The notes under the pieces were generated by a model, which was not told where the DNA came from, made no database searches, and worked only from the letters and a program-made list of their open reading frames with translations. Positions 8,796 through 17,162 of a stretch of 64,000 bases of DNA are shown piece by piece; position 1 is the first letter of the stretch; every line of letters begins with the position of its first letter. Where the stretch lies: assembly GCA_038150305.1 (NCBI GenBank), contig JAYOTG010000003.1:2893-66892 (forward strand), in the 5' to 3' direction. The translations under genes were made by a program, and so were the position numbers. The stretch comes from Candidatus Poseidoniales archaeon (GTDB lineage Archaea > Thermoplasmatota > Poseidoniia > Poseidoniales > Poseidoniaceae).

Positions 8796-9782
8796 ATGGC
8801 GAAAGCGGGCCCCATCTCACGGGCCATCGTGGCCATGACCGGGGTGATGCCCCGATGGTTTGTGCGGCACATCTCGCGCCGCTATGTCGCAGGTTCGACG
8901 CTCGATGACGCCGTCCGTGTCATGCATCGGTTGACCGAGCAAGGCGCGTGCTTCACCATCGACGTGCTTGGCGAGGAAATCACCTCGCTTGACGAGGCCA
9001 CCTACTTTCTCGAAGAATACCGTCGCGTGATGGCCCAAATTTTGGAGCATGGCTTCGACGCCAACTTGTCCATCAAACCCACAGCCTTCGGCCTTTTGAT
9101 CGATGAGACGGTCGGTTTGGAGAACATCCGAACCTTGGTTCGAGAAGCGGCCGAACACGAGATGTTCGTTCGTCTCGACATGGAAGATCATCGCGTCACG
9201 GACGCCACCATTGACGTGGTGTTGACCCTTCATGCAGAGGGCCTGGTGAACGTTGGCACGGTGCTTCAAGGACGCTTGCACCGCACCCTCGACGACATCG
9301 ACCGTATGGCCAACGCCATCGGTGTGGCCGCAGATCACCGCATCTGCAAAGGCATCTACCTTGAGCCCGAATCGATCGCTCATACGTCGCGCCAGGCCAT
9401 CACAGACGCCACCGTAGCGAGCGTGGTCCGTGGGCTCGAACGGGGCGCATATATTGGCATCGCATCGCACGACGACGCGGTGATCGATGCATCGCTTGCG
9501 GCGTTGAAGCAAGGCGGATGGACGCCCGGTGAGAACGCAGATCCTCGGCAGCCCGCACCGCCTGAACGCCTTGGAAAAGGGCCGGGGTACGAATTCCAGA
9601 TGCTGCTCGGTGTTCGTGGTCCCTTGCGCCGGGGCTTGCGCGCACAAGGTCACAGGACCCGGGTCTACATCCCCTACGGCGAGAAGTGGTACGAATACAG
9701 CATTCGTCGTCTGAAGGAGAACCCAACTGTGGCCACACAGGTCGCCAAGGCTTTCCTGATGCCGTGGACCAACCGGCCGTGA
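8796..9782 (+). CDS. Proline dehydrogenase (monofunctional PRODH)
   Basis: 328 aa. RRYVAGSTLDDAV, FTIDVLGEE, YEFQMLLGV and RVYIPYGEKWYEYSIRRLKENP are typical PutA-family PRODH barrel motifs. Confidence 0.85.
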   Translation: MAKAGPISRAIVAMTGVMPRWFVRHISRRYVAGSTLDDAVRVMHRLTEQGACFTIDVLGEEITSLDEATYFLEEYRRVMAQILEHGFDANLSIKPTAFGLLIDETVGLENIRTLVREAAEHEMFVRLDMEDHRVTDATIDVVLTLHAEGLVNVGTVLQGRLHRTLDDIDRMANAIGVAADHRICKGIYLEPESIAHTSRQAITDATVASVVRGLERGAYIGIASHDDAVIDASLAALKQGGWTPGENADPRQPAPPERLGKGPGYEFQMLLGVRGPLRRGLRAQGHRTRVYIPYGEKWYEYSIRRLKENPTVATQVAKAFLMPWTNRP

Positions 9783-10529
9783 TCAACGTCGTCCACGTTT
9801 CCGGCCTCGGTCCTCGGTTTGTCGAGGAACCACTGGATTTGGGTTGAACCCGAGACGGCCTTCCTTCCAAGCCTGCCTGCGCTCCCGTCCGCTCATGGGC
9901 TTCGTGGGTTCCGGTGCCGGCGGCTGGTGGAGGTACATGCGAACGATGCGGTTTGCGGGGACCGTTCCCTTGAGTGTCCTTCCACGGCCGGTGTGGATGG
10001 CCCGCAGGATCCACGTTCGGCCGCCATGATCGATCATGGTGCCGGCGGTGAAGGTCGTGTCCGGCTGACACACCATGTGGTCCGGCCGAGAGCGGTCTCC
10101 GACGGTCAGCGTGATGCGAACCCGGATGAGGTCTTCACGCAGAGCGACGACGCGCCGAACGTTCTCGGCCACACCGGTCGTGATGCTTTGCCCATCCGAA
10201 TCTTCGAGGTGCGTGACGCGCCACAGCATGCCGCCGTCTTCGAACACGTCGTCGAGGTCCAGCACCTCATCGGCGTCCAATTCCAAGGACACCATCTGGC
10301 TTTCTGGACCGTCCGTCAGCATGAACGGGACGACCACCGCCTTGGGTGGGCGCAGATGGACGGTGTAGACGTGGCCGCATCCTTGGCAACGCACGCGGTG
10401 GTCGTGGCCGCTTCCTTTTGGTTTGGAGGCAAGGATGTCGTGTCCTTCAAACTCGGCACACGAAGGGCAAATCATCGCGTTGTGGAGGACCTCTTCCTCC
10501 ACATCGAGGCCATCGTCCTCCTCGTCCAT
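9783..10529 (-). CDS. Conserved archaeal Zn-ribbon protein (COG1326 / HVO_0476-like), function unknown
   Basis: 248 aa. N-terminal CPSC...CQGCGHVY zinc ribbon, then two beta-rich repeats and a basic tail. Confidence 0.65.
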   Translation of the reverse strand: MDEEDDGLDVEEEVLHNAMICPSCAEFEGHDILASKPKGSGHDHRVRCQGCGHVYTVHLRPPKAVVVPFMLTDGPESQMVSLELDADEVLDLDDVFEDGGMLWRVTHLEDSDGQSITTGVAENVRRVVALREDLIRVRITLTVGDRSRPDHMVCQPDTTFTAGTMIDHGGRTWILRAIHTGRGRTLKGTVPANRIVRMYLHQPPAPEPTKPMSGRERRQAWKEGRLGFNPNPVVPRQTEDRGRKRGRR

Positions 10530-10538
10530 GACCCGGCC

Positions 10539-10556
10539 TCAAACCACGTGGTTTGA
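10539..10556. promoter_or_regulatory. 18-bp perfect palindrome TCAAACCACGTGGTTTGA in a divergent promoter region
   Basis: Read directly from the sequence. A third half-site, TCAAACC, lies at 10580-10586. Confidence 0.4.
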
Positions 10557-10607
10557 ACCCATCGGATGGAGGCTTAGGTTCAAACCGTGCTGCATGGACC
10601 CGCCGAC

Positions 10608-11345
10608 ATGGCGAACGGGGAGGCATCACCTTCGCCAGAAGATGCCTTTCGTGCCGCCTTGGGTGCTCGGCAAGACCTCGGTCGAGACGCCCCCGAAATC
10701 GCCGCGAACATTGGAGTGCAAATGGGCCACATGGGCCTTGACGTGCCGACGGTTTCCGTGGTCCGCCGGCTCAGGGACATCGTGGTGACCCTCCAGCCGC
10801 GCAGGGTGGCTGAGGTTGGAGCGGCCATCGGACACACCACGGCCTGGTTGCTCGATGCCTGGAGCAGGGACAACGTGGTGGCTCCGGATCTGTTCGACGT
10901 CATGGAGGAAGGAAACAGGTTCGCTGTCATCCTCGACCGCGTGCTCAAACGCTACGGGATGGAGGATGCCGGACGCGTGGTCGTGGGGACGGTCGACGAA
11001 CATGCGCCGCAAACCCGCGCATGGCGGCTGGCTCATTTGGCCAGCAAAGAGCGCCCACCGACCCTGATGGATGCCCTTGACGTGCTCGTCCTCCGTGGTG
11101 GCATCGATTCCCTCGGTGAGCGTGCATCGGCGGCGATGGACCTGCTTCGAAAAGGAGGCGTGCTGTTGCTGATCGAACCACCCGTTCCTGGAGAGGACAT
11201 CAGCGACAGCACCGAGGAAGGGGCCGCCGTCATTGCAGGATTCAACGCCTGGATTTCCTTCGTGCACCGCTGCTCAGAGGAACATGATCTGGCCTTTGTT
11301 CCGGTCCATGGGGGGACCATTGTGGCGGTCCGCAAACTGAGTTGA
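10608..11345 (+). CDS. Class I SAM-dependent O-methyltransferase-like protein (COG4122-like)
   Basis: VAEVGAAIGHTTAWLLDAW and DVLVLRGG motifs. The track ORF begins at GTG 10587; the first in-frame ATG is 10608. Confidence 0.55.
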   Translation: MANGEASPSPEDAFRAALGARQDLGRDAPEIAANIGVQMGHMGLDVPTVSVVRRLRDIVVTLQPRRVAEVGAAIGHTTAWLLDAWSRDNVVAPDLFDVMEEGNRFAVILDRVLKRYGMEDAGRVVVGTVDEHAPQTRAWRLAHLASKERPPTLMDALDVLVLRGGIDSLGERASAAMDLLRKGGVLLLIEPPVPGEDISDSTEEGAAVIAGFNAWISFVHRCSEEHDLAFVPVHGGTIVAVRKLS

Positions 11346-12470
11346 TCACGCGTAGGCTTCCAGCAAGCGGTCGATTTGGACGATGCCGTAACCGTATGCG
11401 TTGTCGTGTCCGTCTTGCCCGGGCAAGGGCCGCGCGGTTTCCATCAGCGTTGTCTTCACGTCTTCGATGGTTTGCTCTGCACTGTTGTTCACGTCACCGC
11501 TTCTCAGGTCGGGTCGTGCTTCGAGCAGGTGAGCGAGGGCCGCCGTGACGAAGACCGTCGCGGCACTCGTGCCGTTGACGAGGCTCCACGTGTTGCTGTC
11601 CGCGTTGACCACGGCCACACCGGCTCCGGGCGCCATGAGTTCCGGCTTCTTGTCAGGGTCTTGTCGAGGGAACAGGATTGGAAGCGGGAGCAGCCGTCCG
11701 TCGTTGTCACCGATGGATGAGCCGCTCCAATGTGCGCCGTCCATGTGCACGCCTCCGACCGAAATGGCGAGGTCGACGGACCCTGGGCTGGCCACATCTC
11801 CGTCGTCACCGCTCCCCCCGTCGTTGCCTGCTGCTGCCACGACGAAGATGCCCTGCGCCAGTGCTCGTTCGACGGCGGCTTCGCTGGCTCGACCGCCGCC
11901 AGGCAGGAAGGACAGCGCACCGGGCGCGCCGCCCAACGACAGCGAAATGATGTGTGCGCCCTGGTCGACGCACCAATCGATCGCATCCGAGAGATCTTGG
12001 TCGTCGCCTTCGCCGGTCGAGCTCAAACCTTTCACCACGTGGAGGTTCACGTCCGGCGCCAATCCGGTCAAACCGCCTTGCGCGACGAGAAGACCTGCCA
12101 TCGATGTGCCGTGCCCGTGATCGTCGTATGCGGCGGTGCCGTTGTCCACGACGTCAAGCCAGCCTGCCAACGTCACGTGATCCATGTCACGGTGTTGAAG
12201 ATCGATCCCCGAATCCACCATGCACACCTCGACACCAGCGCCCGTGTAGCCTTCTGTGGCCGCAACGAGTTGAGCTGCCTCTTCTTCAGCGTCAAGGGCA
12301 AGACGGGAGGGCTGAATCAACAGGTTGTTTTCAGGCAACAGGAGCACAACGGCGAGCACACCTGCGGAAAGGACGGCGAGGGCCACAAAGGCCGCCGTCA
12401 TTCCGGTGCCGGGCAGCGTGGCCTCCTCCGGTAGGAGAGGGGCCGGTGGGATATCTGAGGGCGGCTCCAT
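11346..12470 (-). CDS. Membrane-anchored subtilisin-like serine peptidase (S8)
   Basis: Catalytic triad motifs VCMVDSGID, HGHGTSMAG and NGTSAATVFVTAALAHL. N-terminal TM AAFVALAVLSAGVLAVVLLL. Confidence 0.88.
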   Translation of the reverse strand: MEPPSDIPPAPLLPEEATLPGTGMTAAFVALAVLSAGVLAVVLLLPENNLLIQPSRLALDAEEEAAQLVAATEGYTGAGVEVCMVDSGIDLQHRDMDHVTLAGWLDVVDNGTAAYDDHGHGTSMAGLLVAQGGLTGLAPDVNLHVVKGLSSTGEGDDQDLSDAIDWCVDQGAHIISLSLGGAPGALSFLPGGGRASEAAVERALAQGIFVVAAAGNDGGSGDDGDVASPGSVDLAISVGGVHMDGAHWSGSSIGDNDGRLLPLPILFPRQDPDKKPELMAPGAGVAVVNADSNTWSLVNGTSAATVFVTAALAHLLEARPDLRSGDVNNSAEQTIEDVKTTLMETARPLPGQDGHDNAYGYGIVQIDRLLEAYA

Positions 12471-12479
12471 GGTGCATCC

Positions 12480-13709
12480 TCAGGCTGCGTTGAAGGCGTT
12501 GACGGCCTCTGAAAAGACGTCAACAAAGCGTCGCGCATCCTCTTCCGAGGTGTAGAAGTACGCACTGGCCCGTAGCGAGTCCCCGCTGACGTCCCTGTGC
12601 TCAAACCATGAATGCACGCAGTGCCGTCCAGATCGAACCATGACGCCCGCGGCCTCATCAAGCAGGATGGCCAAGTCATGCGATGGAAGATGTTCGTCAA
12701 GCAGGATGGAGCAGATGCCGCCTCGGCGGCTTGCGTCCTCCGGTCCAATGATGGTCACGCCTTCCAAATCCCGAATGCCGTCGCTCATGATGCGGTTGAT
12801 CTTGGTCTCGTGCTCGTGCACGTCGTCGAGGTTGAGGTCCGAAAGGTAGGTCAACGCAGCTTCGGTTCCTGCGATGCCGGCATAGTGCCCGAGTCCGGCC
12901 TCAAAGCGTGCCGGCGGAGCCGCCCACTGCACGCCGTCGTAGGTGGAGGTGGCCACCGTGTGACCGCCGGTCAGGACCGGATGCATGGTCTCAAGCAGCT
13001 CCATGCGGCCCCACAGCGCCCCCATGCCAGAGGGGCCCATCATCTTGTGAATGGAGCATGCGAAGAAGTCGGCACCAAGGTCCTCGACGTCAATGGGCAT
13101 GTGTGGGGCCGATTGGGCCCCGTCCACGCAGACAAGGGCGCCGTGTTCATGGGCGATGCGTGCGATGTCCTTGACGGGTGCTGTGACGCCATCGAGGTTG
13201 CTCACGTGACCGACGGCGACCATCTTCAGCCGTTCGCCAACCTCGGCGCAGGTGGCCTCAAACGCTTCCAGATCGAAGGCGTTCTCTTCGGTCGACGGCA
13301 AGACTCTGTGGTCCACGCCGTGCGAGCGCTCAAGGTCAAGCCACGGCACGAGGTTGGAGTTGTGTTCCTTGTCTGTGGTGAGGATGACGTCGCCCTTGTT
13401 CCACGACAGGCCTTGTGCAACCTGATTGAGGGCGTGTGTGGCGTTTTTCATGAAGGCCACTTCGTTGACGTTGTGCGCTCCGATGTGCTGAGCGAGCAGG
13501 CGTCGTGACGACGCCATGGTTTGGGACACTGAGGTGCCCAATCGATGGACAGATCGACCACCGCAGGCCGGGCGCATGGTGTAATACTCGTTCACGGCTT
13601 GGATGACGACATCTGGCTTGAGCGTCACACAGGCGTTGTCAAGGTAGGCCGGGGCGCCGTCGTCCCTCAGCAGGGGGAAGTCTTCGCGTCGATGCAACAT
13701 CCTTACCAT
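12480..13709 (-). CDS. Cysteine desulfurase / class V aminotransferase (SufS/Csd-like)
   Basis: PLP-lysine motif ACSIHKMMGPSGMGALWG and catalytic Cys motif RSGRHCVH. The start is probably the ATG at 13709 or 13700, not 13796, which would overlap the upstream gene. Confidence 0.85.
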   Translation of the reverse strand: MVRMLHRREDFPLLRDDGAPAYLDNACVTLKPDVVIQAVNEYYTMRPACGGRSVHRLGTSVSQTMASSRRLLAQHIGAHNVNEVAFMKNATHALNQVAQGLSWNKGDVILTTDKEHNSNLVPWLDLERSHGVDHRVLPSTEENAFDLEAFEATCAEVGERLKMVAVGHVSNLDGVTAPVKDIARIAHEHGALVCVDGAQSAPHMPIDVEDLGADFFACSIHKMMGPSGMGALWGRMELLETMHPVLTGGHTVATSTYDGVQWAAPPARFEAGLGHYAGIAGTEAALTYLSDLNLDDVHEHETKINRIMSDGIRDLEGVTIIGPEDASRRGGICSILLDEHLPSHDLAILLDEAAGVMVRSGRHCVHSWFEHRDVSGDSLRASAYFYTSEEDARRFVDVFSEAVNAFNAA

Positions 13710-14815
13710 GCCTCTTTGCCGACCAGATAATCGTTCACGGTGGTGTTCAACCCGCACGACACACACGTCAACCGGCTTGCGGTTGGCGTTGAACATGCGT
13801 CACAGGTCCCGTCCAACTTGCCCCAGCCGTCACAGTCGCTGTTCATGCAACGCACGAAGACGTTGCCATCACGTCGCTCGAGGTCCTCGCTTTTGGCACC
13901 ACACGATGGGCACGACAAATCGCCTTCGAGCAGGTCCGCGTCCGGCGCTGAGCTTTGTTCCGCCAGGTGAGCGGCACGTGTCCTCACTTTGGCGTGCTGT
14001 CCAAGCATGCGTTGCGGGAACCACGCCACGATGAGCAGCCCGCCAAGCACCAGCGGTGCGGTCAGAACGTGCAGGGTCAGCACACCCCACCGGTCGGCAA
14101 AGCGATCCGAGACGAAATGGGCACCACTCCACGCGTTGATGACGACCACGATGCCCCAAACGACGAACAGGGCAGCCCAACCAAACAGCGAATGCTCCTC
14201 CATTTCTTCCGTCATCTTTCGAACGTCCTCGTGGAGGTGATTTTCTTCGACGTGAAGGTCGCGAGTTTCCCGAACGGCGGTGCTCAGCATGTAGAGCATG
14301 AACACGGCAACCACCGAAAGGAGGCCTCCAAAGGACAGTTGAGAGACGGTGGCCTCAAGGGGGAAATTTGGGTTCTCCACATGAAAGAGGAGTTGCGCGA
14401 AGAACAGCATGCCCCAGCTGACGAACATGGTGAGGGCGTGAACGCGCATCACGGGGTACGTCGTCCAGAGTCGAACGGCGAACCAAATCCACCCCGCCAA
14501 GGAAGCCAAGGTTTGCACGTATGCCGCCCCTGAAACGGTCGTCAGGCCCGTAATGGTGGGATCACCCCCACTGAACACCTCTCCACTCATGCTTCCTAAC
14601 AGGAAAGCAGCCATGCCAATCCCAAGGGTGATCGCGCCTTGCTTCCTGTCCTCGGCCTGGGTCAGCGCCGCGATAAAGGTCCATTCTCGACGGATGCGAT
14701 CGGTGGGCTCAGTGAGCGGACCCATGGACGGTGTGGCGCGCTTGAGTTTGACCTCGGAGAGGCGCAACCGATGGTCAGCAGGCGCGTCTTCTTCGCGCGC
14801 CGTGGCCTCGGCCAT
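13703..14815 (-). CDS. Polytopic membrane protein with C-terminal double Zn ribbon, function unknown
   Basis: 370 aa with about 6 hydrophobic helices. C-terminus is CPSCGAKSE...CMNSDCDGWG...CDAC...CVSCG. Confidence 0.65.
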   Translation of the reverse strand: MAEATAREEDAPADHRLRLSEVKLKRATPSMGPLTEPTDRIRREWTFIAALTQAEDRKQGAITLGIGMAAFLLGSMSGEVFSGGDPTITGLTTVSGAAYVQTLASLAGWIWFAVRLWTTYPVMRVHALTMFVSWGMLFFAQLLFHVENPNFPLEATVSQLSFGGLLSVVAVFMLYMLSTAVRETRDLHVEENHLHEDVRKMTEEMEEHSLFGWAALFVVWGIVVVINAWSGAHFVSDRFADRWGVLTLHVLTAPLVLGGLLIVAWFPQRMLGQHAKVRTRAAHLAEQSSAPDADLLEGDLSCPSCGAKSEDLERRDGNVFVRCMNSDCDGWGKLDGTCDACSTPTASRLTCVSCGLNTTVNDYLVGKEAW

Positions 14816-14878
14816 GGTGGGTGGTCGAGCGAGGCCATTTGAGGCCTTTCCCCTGCTGCCTGCGCCGAAGAGTGAGCG

Positions 14879-14884
14879 TTAAAC
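14879..14884 (+). promoter_or_regulatory. TATA-like box (TTAAAC) upstream of tRNA-Ser
   Basis: The only AT-rich hexamer in the spacer, centred about 27 nt upstream of the mature 5' end at 14909. Confidence 0.35.
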
Positions 14885-14908
14885 GTGGGTGGCCGCTAGG
14901 CGGGCTAA

Positions 14909-14994
14909 GCCGAGATCGCATAGCCTGGTAGTGCGCGCGACTGGAAATCGCGTGGGTCCGTCCCTCGGGAGTTCAAATCTCTCTCTCGGCGCCA
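14909..14994 (+). tRNA. tRNA-Ser (anticodon GGA), long variable arm, CCA encoded
   Basis: Hand-folded. Acceptor GCCGAGA/TCTCGGC, D stem GCAT/GTGC, anticodon stem CGCGA/TCGCG with loop CTGGAAA (GGA at 14943-14945). Variable arm TGGGTCCGTCCCTC, T arm GGGAG-TTCAAAT-CTCTC, discriminator G, then CCA. Confidence 0.93.
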
Positions 14995-15023
14995 AAAAGC
15001 GGTACATGTCCAGTCGAGAAGAG

Positions 15024-15076
15024 TTTGAACGAAGAACAGGTCCACTGTTCGAAGGTTCAAATCTCTCTCGGCGCCT
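15024..15076 (+). repeat. Diverged duplicate of the tRNA-Ser 3' half (variable arm + T arm + acceptor 3' strand) inside a 38-nt hairpin. Not a functional tRNA.
   Basis: GTTCAAATCTCTCTCGGCGCC (15055-15075) matches GTTCAAATCTCTCTCTCGGCGCC (14971-14993) apart from one TC unit. The GGTCC-to-GTTCAAATC spacing is the same (11 nt). The hairpin is TTTGAAC(15024-30)/GTTCAAA(15055-61) plus GAACAG(15034-39)/CTGTTC(15045-50) with loop GTCCA. No 5' half is present. Confidence 0.6.
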
Positions 15077-15077
15077 T

Positions 15078-16703
15078 TCACGACCACACGTCGACCTGCA
15101 CTTGGCATCCTTCCACCCAGGTCGCGCCGTCCACGAAAGGCGCTTCAACCGCTTCAAGCGGATTGGCTGCCGTGCCATCGGACCACGTTCCCATGGGGAG
15201 GAGGAGCTCATGATCGAGCAAGTGGGCTTCAGCAAACGATGCCGTGAACGTGTCGTTTCGCTGCATGGCGACCAGCCACTCTGCCTGTGCGTCGACGCGA
15301 CGGTAGAAGGCGTGGTCGGCCAAGGTGTCATGAACGGGCGTTGAAGCAAGATAGTGCGAGGCAATCAGCGGTGGAAACCCGTGTCGGTCACTCGGAATCT
15401 GCATGAGCACCACGTCGGTGATTTTGGCCTCGTGGTGCCACCGCATGGCGTGACCCACGCCATGGCACGCGTCCACGCTGGTGTCGTCTTCTGCAATGGC
15501 CACATGCACCAAGGTCGCGTTCGGACGAGCCGTAAGGGAGCCGTGGATGTTCTCGTCGCTGGCGTGTGTGTAGGACTGCTCAAGGTCGACAGCAAGGGCT
15601 TCAGTGGCCCATCCGCGGTCAAGGGCCGCGGCGGTGACCATCATGGCCATGCCAGCACCCAGACTGTGTCCGCCCACATAGAGGGCAGATGGGTCGACCA
15701 CGGCTCCCATCAGCCAACCTTTCGCATCAGCGTCTTGATTGAGCAGGAGTTCACCCTCGAGGACATCCATGGCCGCGACCATGGCGTCCATCCTGAGGGC
15801 ATGTTGGGGGTGATTCGAGCGTCCGCCCGACACGATGGGCTCCTCCTGCCCTTCGATGATCAGATGTGACGGATACGCGACGTGCACCACCACCATGCCC
15901 TTGGCCGCAAGGTGCTCGGTCCAGTCCGTGTAGTCCGAGGCAAGCGGGGCTCCAAATCCATGGAACACGAGTCCGAGGGGCACGCGCAGGCCGGGCGGTT
16001 CGACCGTGTAAACGGGCCATGTGACGGTCATGCGGGACACCACCGTTGGGTCCTCGTCGACAAGCACATCCACAACGTGCTGGGGCAGGTCATAGGACAG
16101 GGTCGTGGTTTCCGTGAGGAAGGGTCCTGGGACGGCGCCGTACCCTTGTGCGGGCGTCGGTGGGGGTGTCGGCATCAGGTTCATCGCAGCAGGGAGCGCG
16201 GGGGTGATGACCAGCAATACGACGACGCCCAGGACCACCGATCCTTGCTTCAGCGCACGTTTTCCTCCTGCGTCGAGGCCCCACATGAGCGCGATGGGCA
16301 ACAAGCCGAGCGCCATCGCTGCGGGCGCGAGGATGAAGGCGCCCCGGTAGAAACCCCAATCCAGGAGGATATGGGTGCCCAGCATGGCCAAGCACCACCC
16401 CATTAGGGCGACGCCGAACAAGCGGGTGAGGTCCTTCGTACGCCCCGACATCCGGCGCTCAACAAAGGCGAGCACGCCAACAAGACCGAGTCCGGCGAAG
16501 AGCAACAGCCCCTGTTCACGAAGGAGGAAATCCAGCCAAAGCGCACGGAGAGCGGAGGGCCAGAAGGCGTCAGCGGGCGGTTCCCCGTCGAGGAGCCTCA
16601 ACCCAATCGGAATCAATTCAACGCTCATGCCAACGAGCGCCGTCACCCACCACGCCCAGAAGGGCACGGGCGCATCAACCGGTTTGGGCGACGCTGGTTC
16701 CAT
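15078..16703 (-). CDS. Membrane-anchored alpha/beta hydrolase (chlorophyllase / PAF-acetylhydrolase-like esterase)
   Basis: The N-terminal third holds about 5-6 TM helices. The C-terminal domain has LVFHGFGAPLASDYTDWTEHLAAKGMVVV and the nucleophile elbow VGGHSLGAG. The track start at 16709 is TTG; the ATG is at 16703. Confidence 0.75.
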   Translation of the reverse strand: MEPASPKPVDAPVPFWAWWVTALVGMSVELIPIGLRLLDGEPPADAFWPSALRALWLDFLLREQGLLLFAGLGLVGVLAFVERRMSGRTKDLTRLFGVALMGWCLAMLGTHILLDWGFYRGAFILAPAAMALGLLPIALMWGLDAGGKRALKQGSVVLGVVVLLVITPALPAAMNLMPTPPPTPAQGYGAVPGPFLTETTTLSYDLPQHVVDVLVDEDPTVVSRMTVTWPVYTVEPPGLRVPLGLVFHGFGAPLASDYTDWTEHLAAKGMVVVHVAYPSHLIIEGQEEPIVSGGRSNHPQHALRMDAMVAAMDVLEGELLLNQDADAKGWLMGAVVDPSALYVGGHSLGAGMAMMVTAAALDRGWATEALAVDLEQSYTHASDENIHGSLTARPNATLVHVAIAEDDTSVDACHGVGHAMRWHHEAKITDVVLMQIPSDRHGFPPLIASHYLASTPVHDTLADHAFYRRVDAQAEWLVAMQRNDTFTASFAEAHLLDHELLLPMGTWSDGTAANPLEAVEAPFVDGATWVEGCQVQVDVWS

Positions 16704-16766
16704 GGACAAAACCGAATGCTTGTTGATTTGAACCCATGTTTCGCGGGTTTGGCCATCACGAAGCGG

Positions 16767-16772
16767 TTATAT
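16767..16772 (+). promoter_or_regulatory. TATA-like box (TTATAT) upstream of tRNA-Thr
   Basis: AT-rich hexamer centred about 28 nt upstream of the tRNA 5' end at 16798. Confidence 0.4.
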
Positions 16773-16797
16773 CCACCCTTCAGGTGGGCCGAATCAC

Positions 16798-16869
16798 GCC
16801 ACCGTGGCTTAGCGGTATAGCACCTCATTGGTAATGAGGAGGTCGCGAGTTCGATTCTCGCCGGTGGCT
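16798..16869 (+). tRNA. tRNA-Thr (anticodon GGU), no encoded CCA
   Basis: Acceptor GCCACCG/CGGTGGC, anticodon stem CCTCA/TGAGG with loop TTGGTAA (GGT at 16830-16832), T arm GCGAG-TTCGATT-CTCGC, discriminator T. Confidence 0.93.
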
Positions 16870-16976
16870 CCTTCTCCCTGAATCGGCTTCCTTCGAAGAT
16901 TCCATCATCAAGCATTAAGGTGCGATTTTTGGAAATGGCGTTCCGGAGGGGTCACCTCCTCCAGATGGGATGCACG

Positions 16977-17159
16977 ATGAACGAGCGCCAGCAAGGCATT
17001 GAGATGAAAAAACGAGTGAACGAACTGCAGACGCAGGTGGAGGACCTCAAGGCCCTCGTCAACACCTTGCTCAGCGTGATCTGCGAGGAACCGGATGGGG
17101 AGCACTCGGGTGCCGCCCCAAACCTCGCGGGCGGGCCGAGCACGGCGTACTGCATGTGA
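16977..17159 (+). CDS. Small hypothetical coiled-coil protein (60 aa)
   Basis: MNERQQGIEMKKRVNELQTQVEDLKALVNTLLSVICEE... has high GC3 and a heptad-like pattern. It fills the spacer between tRNA-Thr and the rtcB 3' end. Weak call. Confidence 0.35.
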   Translation: MNERQQGIEMKKRVNELQTQVEDLKALVNTLLSVICEEPDGEHSGAAPNLAGGPSTAYCM

Positions 17160-17162
17160 GGG

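Noticed and set aside
15000-15076. A possible second functional tRNA (or an intron-containing or split tRNA-Ser) downstream of tRNA-Ser.
   Set aside because: There is no matching 5' acceptor strand, D arm or anticodon arm. The T stem would have mismatches (GAAGG vs CTCTC). The first tRNA is already complete. I treat this as a 3'-half fragment plus hairpin.
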